Shown here piece by piece: positions 31,436-41,304 of a stretch of DNA of 64,000 bases; the first letter of the stretch is position 1; each line of letters opens with the position of its first letter. Both the position numbers and the translations under genes were made by a program. Below the pieces are notes generated by a model. It did no database searches. It worked only from the letters and a program-made list of their open reading frames with translations, and had not been told where the DNA came from. The stretch comes from Paramoeba atlantica. Lineage: Eukaryota; Protista; Discosea. Location: contig CDRNVI010000002.1 in the NCBI GenBank assembly GCA_977017575.1, forward strand, positions 806,001 through 870,000. Reading direction: 5' to 3'.

Positions 31436-32065
31436 ATGCTTCTTCTCGCCCTCTCCCTCGACTCCACCACGCCCTCCCCCTCCCACCCCCTCCGCCCCTC
31501 CAAACTCCACACCTCCACCCTCCCCCCCGCCCACCACCTTGCCCGTTTCACGGCCAACCTCTCCCACCCCCACCCCTCCTGGGACCCCGCCCTCCCGCTG
31601 TGGCAGTGGCACCACGTGCTCTGTGGGCGTGCGGGCCAGCCCGTGGCCCTGGCCTGGGCCTCCCTCGGCCTCCGCGGCACCCCGCGCTGGGCCGCCCTCC
31701 CCCTGCTCCCCTCCCTCCAGGGCGTGGAGCTCACCCACAATGCGCTACGGGGAGAGATCCCCTGGGGGGAACTCCCGGAGTCCCTCCACACGTTACTGCT
31801 CGCCCACAACCGGTTTACCGGGCCGTTGTGGTGCCCGGGGGCAGGAGGGGGAAGACTCCCGGGCAAGCTGCAGATGCTTGATCTCGCCCATAATGGGTTT
31901 AGTGGGGAGGTGGATCTCTGTGGGGATGCCCTTCCGGGGTCTCTGCAGGAGATGGATTTAAGTGGGAATAGCGGGTTGTGGGGGAAAGTGGTGGTGTATG
32001 CACTGCCGCCGAGGTTGAGGAATTATGATTGGGAGGGGACAGGGATTGTGGAGTGTTATGATTGA
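31436..32065 (+). CDS. Small LRR protein (family member 3, GC-rich)
   Basis: HPHPSW...QWHHVLC cap, WAALPLLPSL, WGELPESL, LPGSLQEMDLSGN. Confidence 0.8.
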   Translation: MLLLALSLDSTTPSPSHPLRPSKLHTSTLPPAHHLARFTANLSHPHPSWDPALPLWQWHHVLCGRAGQPVALAWASLGLRGTPRWAALPLLPSLQGVELTHNALRGEIPWGELPESLHTLLLAHNRFTGPLWCPGAGGGRLPGKLQMLDLAHNGFSGEVDLCGDALPGSLQEMDLSGNSGLWGKVVVYALPPRLRNYDWEGTGIVECYD

Positions 32066-32317
32066 ACAAGGGGAGTCTTTGGGTAGCGGATCAAAGGCTT
32101 GTAAAATATCGTTTGTATGATAGAATGCCCGATCGAACGCTTGTAATGTATAAAGATTAAAGATTTGAATCAACAGTTTGTGTCATACAAGAAGGTTCAT
32201 CACATGGGGTCAGTACGTTAACCGGCTTTTTCATACGCGTACATGAATAACTTTGTTGCAAAAAGTATTTTTTGTGTTAGAAGAATTTTAGGATTAGTAC
32301 ATTCTATTGAAGAACAC

Positions 32318-32728
32318 ATGGGCAAACCAGAGACTGCTCGATTCGGGCTACAAACCCGAAAATTCTCTTACAACCCTCTGCTCAGTCGCAAACAAATGGT
32401 TCTGGAGATCACCATGCCACCCAACAAAGGAACAATCCCTCGCAAGGACGTCCGCCAGAAAGTACGCGAGCTTTTTAAAGTAGCGGACGAAAATCTTGTC
32501 TCCATTTACGGTTTTAAAAACGCATTCGGGGGCGGGAAGGTCACGGGTTTCTGTCTCATCTACGACAACCTTGATTCCTTGAAAAAGTACGAGCCAAATT
32601 ACCGCCTGCTTCGCATTGGAATGGGTAAGAAGAGAGGTCCCGCGCGCAAGGGTGTGAAGGAGAAGAAGAACAAGCGCAAGAAGCTCCGTGGCAAGAATAA
32701 GGTCAAGCAGGTCAGCAAGAAGAAGTAA
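32318..32728 (+). CDS. RPS24: 40S ribosomal protein eS24
   Basis: TRKFSYNPLLSRKQMVL, YGFKNAFGGGKVTGFCLIYDN, KKYEPNYRLLRIG. Confidence 0.95.
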   Translation: MGKPETARFGLQTRKFSYNPLLSRKQMVLEITMPPNKGTIPRKDVRQKVRELFKVADENLVSIYGFKNAFGGGKVTGFCLIYDNLDSLKKYEPNYRLLRIGMGKKRGPARKGVKEKKNKRKKLRGKNKVKQVSKKK

Positions 32729-32976
32729 CAAACCAAAATCGGTGCTGCCTAATGGTGATGCTAAGCTAGTGCAAGTTTTTTAGCCGACTATCTGTAGGTG
32801 CAGATGTCTGTGTAAGATAAAGAAACTAAAAACTTTTTTCGCCATGTCCTTTGTTTTAATTTCGTAATGCTATTGTTATAAAAACAAAATAATATAAAAC
32901 GGTCGACGTATCGCCCGCTCTATGGCAGCTTACTACATAAAGTACATCTAGCTTTTACAGTTTTTTTAGGAGCCTC

Positions 32977-34860
32977 ATGCTTTTTCACTACACTCGAGGA
33001 CTTCTCCGCTGGAAGTGGGCCAAACGACTCCCCCGGGTGCCCAACCCGAAACGATTTCTTCTCAAACTAAAACCTCCAATCCCAGTGGCACGGCGAGACC
33101 CGCGGGTGTGGTCCTCCGACAAGACCACACCAAAATCTTTTGCCGCCCCTATGTGGGACAACTGGGCGTACCGTGCCCGAAGTGAGGACACCGATGAAGC
33201 CCTGCAGCCGATCATGGATATGCCCGACTCCCTCAAGCAGCGTATGTTTGAGGTCCCCTGGTGGGCTAACCCCTTCGGGAGCTGGTACTTAAACAACATA
33301 CTAAGCTTGGAGCTGCTTCGTATTCAATACCGCAAGCAGGATGTCAAGCCGGATAGTCAACCCGGCACAATTCAACCCGAGGCGCAGCAAACCTTTCTCG
33401 GGCCGAACACACGTTCTCTAGAAGAAAAAATTCGAATTTACCGAAAGTTTCGTCTAGAGGTGAATGCAGGCACTACTCTTTCCGAAGATGACGACAACGC
33501 GATTAAAAAACTTATCCAGCGCCGCTGGGCCTCACTTCAATTTGGGGAACGAACGAAGGGGTATCCTTGTACCTACGCGGACTATATTCTTTTTCTTAAT
33601 GAGTGGTTCCGTTCAATGGATGAGGAGGGACGGACACGATTACGTGAGCACTTCGATAAGAACATACGCCCTCTTCTCTCCGTAATGTCTCACAGTGACG
33701 TGCAGTACTTGGAGGCGAAAACCCAAAACTCAATGACACCGGAACTGGAGAAGCGGGTAGCTATCTACTCCAATGTCGGCACCCCCGAGTTCTTAGAAAT
33801 GTCTCAGAGATTGAAATATGAGATCAATGAAGACTACAAAGTCCGCGATGAACTCGGCCCGGAGATGTTTGCGTTGTGGACCAAAGCTCCGGAGCGCTGG
33901 CCTCCAGAACGCCTTGCAAAAATGTACAGCCTGGACTTTACTACAGTACGTAAGATACTGGTGTGGCATCATTTCAAGGCTTGCTATGATAGCTGCGTGG
34001 AACCCGACTGGTCTCTCCCCAAACGATTGTTCGCCTTGGAGTGGATTCGCGATGCCCGCGCTCGGCAAGCTGGGAAATTCTACGGACGTATGCGGTTCGC
34101 GGAGAATAAAATCAATTTCATGAATGATCGACAACTGTTCAGTGACTTCTTACGTAGACGAGAGGCGAGTTATGAACATGTATGGGATATGGACGACCCG
34201 TATCGATTTCTGCAAACGGAACGCGATCTCGAGGACTACTTTGGTGACAACTATGATCTGTACCGTCGTCTGTTTCCGGAGATGATTGGGAGAACCGGGG
34301 AGCCTGTAATGAAGTACGCAAGCATGCCCTACTGGGCAGGAGATCATCAGGAGCCGTTTCGAAAATCTCCATACAACTGGTTGTTCGCTGAAATTGGAAT
34401 TAACGTTGGATACGACGCCACGAAAAAACTTGAACTTGATCCTACCAATGAGAAGCGGCGTCGTTTTATTGTGCAGCAACCGGACGGCACCTTGCGCTCG
34501 GCGAAGATGTCTGAGATGCGAGCATGGTACTGGAAAGAGAACTGGGCGGATTTCCGTTTTTGGACACCTCATATGGAGTGGGGGCAGCAGGACTCCCCCT
34601 CTCATGAGTCCTACCAGGATTTACACCGCAACACTTCTGATGCGGACTATCGAAAAGGGAAGCGTCTCTCCTCGAACCCGACAAAGTGGTTTTATGAGTC
34701 GCACTACACCCGTACTGGTCGAATTAATTTTGACAGCACTCGATTGAAAGACACACAGCGAAAACGCCCCGTGATTTACCCACAGGTCGTGAATCCTCCC
34801 TCGGTGCAGCTAAGAAGTAAGGCAAAGTTTAAATTGTTCCAAATGGTTCCTGAGGTGTAG
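32977..34860 (+). CDS. Probable mitochondrial protein, possibly mitoribosomal small subunit (Bot1/mS45-like motif)
   Basis: Arg/Trp-rich presequence-like N-terminus; PERWPPERLAKMYSLDFTTVRKIL resembles the Bot1p helix-turn-helix; basic, aromatic-rich composition. Confidence 0.5.
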   Translation: MLFHYTRGLLRWKWAKRLPRVPNPKRFLLKLKPPIPVARRDPRVWSSDKTTPKSFAAPMWDNWAYRARSEDTDEALQPIMDMPDSLKQRMFEVPWWANPFGSWYLNNILSLELLRIQYRKQDVKPDSQPGTIQPEAQQTFLGPNTRSLEEKIRIYRKFRLEVNAGTTLSEDDDNAIKKLIQRRWASLQFGERTKGYPCTYADYILFLNEWFRSMDEEGRTRLREHFDKNIRPLLSVMSHSDVQYLEAKTQNSMTPELEKRVAIYSNVGTPEFLEMSQRLKYEINEDYKVRDELGPEMFALWTKAPERWPPERLAKMYSLDFTTVRKILVWHHFKACYDSCVEPDWSLPKRLFALEWIRDARARQAGKFYGRMRFAENKINFMNDRQLFSDFLRRREASYEHVWDMDDPYRFLQTERDLEDYFGDNYDLYRRLFPEMIGRTGEPVMKYASMPYWAGDHQEPFRKSPYNWLFAEIGINVGYDATKKLELDPTNEKRRRFIVQQPDGTLRSAKMSEMRAWYWKENWADFRFWTPHMEWGQQDSPSHESYQDLHRNTSDADYRKGKRLSSNPTKWFYESHYTRTGRINFDSTRLKDTQRKRPVIYPQVVNPPSVQLRSKAKFKLFQMVPEV

Positions 34861-35236
34861 TCCTGCACGTACACAGGTGTAAGACCCTGCAAAGTTTGAT
34901 TTTTCGAGACGCTGGTTGGATCAATCGATATTGATCTTCCATCAGCAAAAGCAGTTGAGACTGATTGGTCTCTACAGTGTATGTAGAACTCAAGAGAAGG
35001 TAGTGAAGAGGAAATGATTCGATGGCTTGCACATAGTGGTAAACCTAAAGTACAGATTGGAGCGTCCCTGAAACGCGTTGAAAAATGTTTTGTGGTTTTC
35101 CTATCTCATGAAGTTGATGTACACAACTTCTTCATATTCGTATGGCCTTATATTCTGTCAAACTACACTAGTAATAAAATATTGAGCCAGCCTCTCGATC
35201 TCTTTGATTACATTTTCCTCTTCAAACCACATCACT

Positions 35237-35950
35237 ATGTACCGCATTTCACGCTACTGGTTTGCTGCCACCTCCGCCGTACATGCCACACAAAACCGAA
35301 AAGTTCACAAACCCCAAACTCCCCCGGAAGCCGAATCCGCAAGCCAACACGGCCCTTCCCCCCACCCCAACCCCAACGCCAAAACACCGGCCGGAACCGA
35401 AAGCGGTCTGCAGGCCCCGAAGAAGCCTCGGCGGTTTACGATTATGACCACAACCACCAAGGCAGTTCATGTGCACTACCGGAATATGCTCTCCCTGTGG
35501 TGGTGGTACGTGGCCCGGGGCCCACGCTACCTGGCCGTCGCGACATTTACCTTTATTGCCAGCGCACTTATCTACCGTGCAAAAAAGGGACAGCAGAAAT
35601 CCGCCGAGTGTGTAATGCTCGGGGAGAACTTACTCGATGAACGCACAAAGGAGCTGCTCGGGGATATTGAGAAACTTCGTGAGAAAGACCCGGTGAGACT
35701 GGAGAAGGAGGCGAACACATTTCACGAACAGTTTTGGAAGACCCGGGCGCTTGCCGTGACGGAGGATCGCCACCACCGACGGTCGCTCGAGAAGAAACAA
35801 ATCCAGGCGATCTCCGCGAGTACCGGTACGGATATGTCGGAATGGATGGAGGCAAAGGTGAAGGACACAAAGGAGAAGGAGGTGGCACGACGTACGCATG
35901 ACTATATTCAAGGCTTTCATACCCACCTGAAGGTGCGGAGATTGATTTAG
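35237..35950 (+). CDS. Hypothetical single-TM protein, probably mitochondrial
   Basis: MYRISRYWFAA presequence-like start; one hydrophobic helix (YLAVATFTFIASALIY); helical C-terminus. Confidence 0.55.
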   Translation: MYRISRYWFAATSAVHATQNRKVHKPQTPPEAESASQHGPSPHPNPNAKTPAGTESGLQAPKKPRRFTIMTTTTKAVHVHYRNMLSLWWWYVARGPRYLAVATFTFIASALIYRAKKGQQKSAECVMLGENLLDERTKELLGDIEKLREKDPVRLEKEANTFHEQFWKTRALAVTEDRHHRRSLEKKQIQAISASTGTDMSEWMEAKVKDTKEKEVARRTHDYIQGFHTHLKVRRLI

Positions 35951-36270
35951 TAATGACTGGAAATCCTGACTTTCAGTGCAGTGTACATGTGTATACTGCA
36001 CTGCGCTAGTTTCATGTTTTTAGAACCTTTGCTCCTGGATGCGGAATGTCTTCTTGGATGTGGTGGTAAACCGCATGAGTGGACCAATGCGTTTGGCTTT
36101 CGTCGAATATCCTTTGGGACTCCTAAATCATTCATATTTTTAAGTCGCGTGTATATTCTACCACAATGGAAAAAAACCACAATACAATGTATGTACACGT
36201 ATCGTATCCTTTTTAGCATATTATACTACACTTAGGAATTAGAAAATAAGATAGTTCGAATCGGCAAACA

Positions 36271-37149
36271 ATGCCACTTCTTCTAATAGGACTCGGACTA
36301 GGCGATGAAAGTGATATCACACAGAGGGGTCGAACGCTACTCCGTAGTGCCGAGAAGGTATATCTCGAGTACTATACCTCTCTGCTCTGCAACGCAGACT
36401 CTCTACAAAGTGTTACCAACTCTACCACGCACGACTTTGAGAAACCCGTAATGCTTTGTGGACGATCGGCTTCGATTGCGGGCAGGGAGTTTATTGAGGA
36501 CGGCACTCAATTGCTTTGCGAGGCAAAAACTCAGTCCGTGGCTTTACTTGTAGTCGGTGATCCCTTTGGTGCCACAACACACAGTGATCTTTACGTAAGG
36601 TGTGTACGGAGCCAAATCCCTGTAGAGGTCGTGCACAACGCCAGTATAATCAACGCCATCGGATGTACCGGATTGCAGCTCTACCGTTTCGGATCCACCA
36701 TTACTCTGTGTCTGTGGACAGAGTCTTGGAAACCGGAGAGTTGGTATTCTGCTCTGGAGGGCAACCTGAGCCGTGGCTTACACACCCTTGTGCTACTTGA
36801 TATAAAAATACGTGAGCAAACCGAGGACAGTTTAGCCAGAGGAAGTTTATCCCAACGTCAGTACTTATCCCCACGCTTTATGACGTCAAGGGAGGGCGCG
36901 GACCAACTATTGGAAGTGTCACAGCGTCAACCGCACAGTTTGATATCGGCGTCGTCCAAGATTGTGGCAGTTGCTAGAATCGGTTCTTCCTCACAGGCCA
37001 TAGCGTACTGTACACTGGGGGAGCTTGCGGAAGGTGCTGCGGATGAGGTCCTAGGAGGACCTTTGCACTCTCTTGTGGTCCCGGCGCCCGAGCTTCACGA
37101 ATGTGAAATGAGTCATTTGCAGTGTATTGCATGGACCTCATCTGGATAA
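36271..37149 (+). CDS. DPH5: Diphthine methyl ester synthase
   Basis: LIGLGLGDESDIT.RG, VYLEYYTS, LLVVGDPFGATTHSDL, HNASIINAIGCTGLQLYRFG, GLHTLVLLDIK. Confidence 0.95.
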   Translation: MPLLLIGLGLGDESDITQRGRTLLRSAEKVYLEYYTSLLCNADSLQSVTNSTTHDFEKPVMLCGRSASIAGREFIEDGTQLLCEAKTQSVALLVVGDPFGATTHSDLYVRCVRSQIPVEVVHNASIINAIGCTGLQLYRFGSTITLCLWTESWKPESWYSALEGNLSRGLHTLVLLDIKIREQTEDSLARGSLSQRQYLSPRFMTSREGADQLLEVSQRQPHSLISASSKIVAVARIGSSSQAIAYCTLGELAEGAADEVLGGPLHSLVVPAPELHECEMSHLQCIAWTSSG

Positions 37150-37402
37150 TATGGATGAACCAGAGGGATGCTCTAAGCCTTTGTACGTGAGTGCAGTTAG
37201 TGATCGTCCAAGCAAAAGAGCATGGAAGAGGTGATGTTTATTTGCGGACACAGACTGGGTGATTTTTAACTTTGGAAACGAAGTATTGTGGTTGACCTGA
37301 AAAACAAGTAAGAGTAATATCGAAATTCTTTTTTCAAATAGGCAAATTTTTTTGTCTACTTTTCCAAAGCATTTCTTATTTCTTTGCTATACGTCGTATT
37401 CG

Positions 37403-38476
37403 ATGAATGTTTTTCTCTCATTGGTGACCCTCTTGGCCCTGTCGAGCAGCCCAAGGTCTGGATCTTCCGGATTTTCTTCTTTTCCTCTTGTTGCACTGCC
37501 TTGTTTCAGTCAGCTTAGTCTTATGTGCCACAGCGCTGAAGAAGAGGAACAAATTACTATTGAAGACTCATCAGAAGTTGAACAAAGAAATAAGAAACGC
37601 CGACGCCAGGAAAATTCTAGAACTCCCAATGTGCGTGATCCTCCTCCACGGGTCGAAGAGCCAGAGGCTAAGTCACTTGATGAGGCACATGCAAAACTTT
37701 CGACGATTCTAAACACTCTCAAAGATTCTCTGAAGCAAGGTAAAGGCTTTGTCGATGGTCAAATTCTAGAAAATCTACACGCGCAGCACGAGCAGCACCA
37801 GTTCACAGTGGCATTACTACAACGAAAACACCGTATGATGACGGAGGGTCAACGCCTAGGGACCTCACCCGATCAATTTCTTATGCTCTTCCAAACCCTC
37901 CCTGGTAAGTTGAAAGAATTTACCGAACTTGTGAACACGCAAAAAGAGCGACATGCTCGCGTGCTGGAATCCACCCTGGAGGTCTTGCGATCTCACAACA
38001 GTCCCATCGACACTTCTCTTCTCGCCTACTGTGAGCAGAAGTGGAAAGACAAGGCGTACGCCTCGCTGAGTAAAATCAACGAAATGTTACGACGACACTC
38101 CGCGATACGTTCCCGCTGGTGGGCCGGACTTACCCCATTTGAGTGGGTATGGATCACACAGCACATTGCGGTGTATTACGTACTTTATATTTTACTACGT
38201 GCCGCAGTCTACTATGCCGTGGGAAACCGGCACGGGGGGTTCATTCAATGTACCTACCGCTACATGTTACCTCTGTTCTCCTTTGTTATCTTTGGCGTGC
38301 TACACACTGAATCTAAAAGCCTACTGACGCTGTCCCTCACACGATGGCGAGTGTTGGTGATTTATGCTATCTTGCTTTGGGTGGTATATCTTTGTGAGTA
38401 CGTGCGCAGCGTACTGCGCGCATTGTACTTGTTACGCAGGCGTCGTGGCACAAAATCTGTTATACGGAAGGAGTGA
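37403..38476 (+). CDS. Hypothetical protein, coiled-coil centre with C-terminal TM helices
   Basis: Long ORF on the coding strand with three hydrophobic segments near the C-terminus; start codon uncertain. Confidence 0.55.
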   Translation: MNVFLSLVTLLALSSSPRSGSSGFSSFPLVALPCFSQLSLMCHSAEEEEQITIEDSSEVEQRNKKRRRQENSRTPNVRDPPPRVEEPEAKSLDEAHAKLSTILNTLKDSLKQGKGFVDGQILENLHAQHEQHQFTVALLQRKHRMMTEGQRLGTSPDQFLMLFQTLPGKLKEFTELVNTQKERHARVLESTLEVLRSHNSPIDTSLLAYCEQKWKDKAYASLSKINEMLRRHSAIRSRWWAGLTPFEWVWITQHIAVYYVLYILLRAAVYYAVGNRHGGFIQCTYRYMLPLFSFVIFGVLHTESKSLLTLSLTRWRVLVIYAILLWVVYLCEYVRSVLRALYLLRRRRGTKSVIRKE

Positions 38477-38851
38477 TGCTCCGCGTGGTATGTCTTTTTA
38501 GTTGGACCACTGCCTAATGTAGGAGCATGCGTACGGAGCAAACACAGGGTACTGTATCTTGACCTTGTTCAAGAGATTCATTTTGTTTTCCTTTTTAACT
38601 TTCGCATAAGAATCGTTTAATTCTGTGATCTTTTTTCCATACTTAGAGGATCACTTAAAAAGTTAGCCTACTTTGTTAATTCCTCGAAACGAAAACATTT
38701 TTAGAGCTTAGTGGTGCTTCCGTATTCTATAAATTACGGAGGTATGTACATGTATACGGAGGTACGTTGGCGGGAACTCTATACACTGTACTTTGACATT
38801 TGAGTCATAGTGCTGAGCGTGTTTCGTGAGTTACTACTGATTTGATCGCCA

Positions 38852-38907
38852 TCTTGTTTGTTTCTCTTTTCCTTACTGTTTTCTACCAATTCATATTTTC
38901 TTATGAG
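38852..38907 (+). promoter_or_regulatory. Polypyrimidine tract plus AG: candidate trans-splice acceptor
   Basis: TCTTGTTTGTTTCTCTTTTCCTTACTGTTTTCT... then AG at 38906-38907, 11 nt before ATG 38919. Interpretation assumes kinetoplastid SL trans-splicing. Confidence 0.35.
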
Positions 38908-38918
38908 CTTACTTGGCG

Positions 38919-39098
38919 ATGGATCTAGGTAACAATGAAAAATTACTAGGAGACGTCCAATACATCATGAACTATGACATAGCTCATCACATGCAAAAGG
39001 TACTCAAGCAAATAACTTGTAAACTTCCTACAGATCCAATTGAGTTTATGATTCGATACTTCGAGGCATTAGAAGAAATTGGCGCTAAAAGCACCTGA
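38919..39098 (+). CDS. Small Dpy-30/RIIa-like dimerisation-domain protein
   Basis: YIMNYDIAHHMQKVLKQITCKLPTDPIEFMIRYF fits the Y-L-x-x-x-x-I...P.DPI.F..YF docking fold. Confidence 0.6.
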   Translation: MDLGNNEKLLGDVQYIMNYDIAHHMQKVLKQITCKLPTDPIEFMIRYFEALEEIGAKST

Positions 39099-39660
39099 AA
39101 TGCATGTACTACCAAGATTCTGACATAACATTTTCTACGTGTGCACTTTGCGCACTTTTGGCGCAAATTTACCACCGGCCTACGGTGCAAATCTCAGCTC
39201 CTATTTATCGAGTCTTCTCGTGTGTGACCTAATGAAAAAACAGAGCAAGTGGGAAGTAGGTTCTCGTGATCCTAGAAGCAGGCCGTGAAGTAAAAGGCAC
39301 TGTTTCAAAAATGATGGTTTACCTTTAAGATTGGTCACGCAAAAAAATCTGATTGTGAAAATTAAAAGAAAATTAAAACTCAGTGTTAAACCTCTGAAAA
39401 TGAATGAAAGGTTTTGTATCTATCATACACGAATTATACGTGCATCATACAGGATGCATCATACATGTATACATGTACGTGCATCAAACAATCATACGTT
39501 CATTTCGATACATACGACTGTCCATCTTGTACGTTTTTGTGTAAATTCTTGTACAAAAATATCACCGGCTTCTGTTCGTACTTTAATTTATTGAAAGTGC
39601 TTTGAATTTGTTTATCCTTTTACTTCTCTTTCTTCATAACATATCTTTGATAATTCGGTA

Positions 39661-39831
39661 ATGACATCTCCTGATCACAATTCGAATTCATCGGCATCTG
39701 ATATTTCCCACAATGAGAATTTTGATCCGAAAATGTGGACTATTCCGAAAGTGGATAACTTGTCTGATGAAATCGACGATAAACTAGCAGAGTTTATTCA
39801 AAAAAGGGAGCAAGAGTTCGAAAAAGCTTAA
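39661..39831 (+). CDS. Small acidic ORF (56 aa), unverified
   Basis: MTSPDHNS...DDKLAEFIQKREQEFEKA*, preceded by a pyrimidine tract; below the ORF-track cutoff. Confidence 0.2.
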   Translation: MTSPDHNSNSSASDISHNENFDPKMWTIPKVDNLSDEIDDKLAEFIQKREQEFEKA

Positions 39832-39981
39832 CCTGTAAGGACGGAACGAATCTTTGATCTTTGTGATCTTCCATACGACAGTACCGTTTCTAATGTGCTC
39901 TTTGAAACGCCTTATCATACATGTATAATTAATTTTACATCTTGATCTTTCCTGCACATTTGTTTGTGTTTCTTGCACATA

Positions 39982-40288
39982 CTGTACCCCCCTGTTTATA
40001 ATAGCCTCGACCCCTCCCCCCCTTTATAGGTTCTTTTTTTTGGCGAACCACGGAAAATGTTTTTAATTTTCTTGCACCGTCTTAACTATTTTGATATTTT
40101 CACGTGGTTCTTCGAGGTATGGCGCGGGGTGGTGCTGGACATTTTACTTTGGCAGAGCACCGGGGCCCACTTTGCGATTGAATAATCGCCCAAATGTAGG
40201 GCGATTTCTGTGCGAACTTTTAATCGCCCTCCCCCCTTTATAGGTTCATTCGGGCCAAAGCGAGGCTATTATAAACGGGGGGGTACAG
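39982..40288. mobile_element. MITE, 28-bp TIRs, TA duplication
   Basis: TA|CTGTACCCCCCTGTTTATAATAGCCTCG ... CGAGGCTATTATAAACGGGGGGGTACAG|TA. Confidence 0.9.
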
Positions 40289-40542
40289 TATATTTATTTC
40301 GGAGTGATGTGACCCCCACCTAGTTTAGTGCCGCGGGGTACCCTCCCTCACCTACCTAGTGCCGTTTTTCTACATTTTTGGTTTCAGCTTTTTTGGAGGG
40401 TGGGAAGAAAATTTGGAGGATACAGTATGTATCTTTTGCTTGACTCACGTGAAACGAATAGCATACTTACAGGCCTAGAAGTTTCTATCAATTGTAATTC
40501 AATTTACTGTGCCCCCCCCCACTTATAGTGCCGCGGGGTACT

Positions 40543-41116
40543 CCCCCACTTATAGTGCCGTTTTGACAAAAATGTTCGAAAAATGACTAATTGTTTTTGT
40601 CCAAAAAGTACAGTAAACATGGTGGAAATTTCTAACATTGAGTGGCTTAGTTAAACGTGGTGGCTGTTTTCAACTTTGAAGCCACTCACGCTGCGCGCTT
40701 AGCGTTGAAAACTACCTCCGCGTTTAACGAAGCCACTAAAACCAGGGCAAAGTGGATGAGGGAGATGCCAATAGTTTAGATGCGGCATTTTCCACAGAAA
40801 AAACGGCATCTCTACCTTTTTAGGCGCTTGTCTTCATGCCATAAGGGAGATACCGTTTTTCCTGTGGAAAATGCCGCATCTAAACTATTGGCATCTCCCT
40901 CATCCACTTTGCCCTGGTTTTAGTGGCTTCGTTAAACGCGGAGGTAGTTTTCAACGCTAAGCGCGCAGCGTGAGTGGCTTCAAAGTTGAAAACAGCCACC
41001 ACGTTTAACTATGCCACTCAATGTTAGAAATTTCCACCATGTTTACTGTACTTTTTGGATAAAAACAATTAGTCATTTTTCGAACATTTTCGTCAAAACG
41101 GCACTATAAGTGGGGG
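40543..41116. repeat. Long inverted repeat: 270-bp arms, 34-nt loop
   Basis: 40543-40812 pairs with 40847-41116 with about 5 mismatches by eye. Confidence 0.95.
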
Positions 41117-41134
41117 GGGCTATAAGAATAACCG

Positions 41135-41304
41135 AGGGCAAAGTGGACGAGGGAGTACCATTAGTTTAGGTGCGGCATTTTCCACAGAAAAAACGGCATC
41201 TCTACCTTTTTAGGCGCTTGTCTTCATGCCATAAGGGAGATACCGTTTTTCCTGCGGAAACTGCCGCACCTAAACTATTGGTACTCCCTCGTCCACTTTG
41301 CCCT
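41135..41304. repeat. Second copy of the hairpin tip: 68-bp arms, same 34-nt loop
   Basis: Loop TACCTTTTTAGGCGCTTGTCTTCATGCCATAAGG is identical at 40813 and 41203. Confidence 0.9.
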
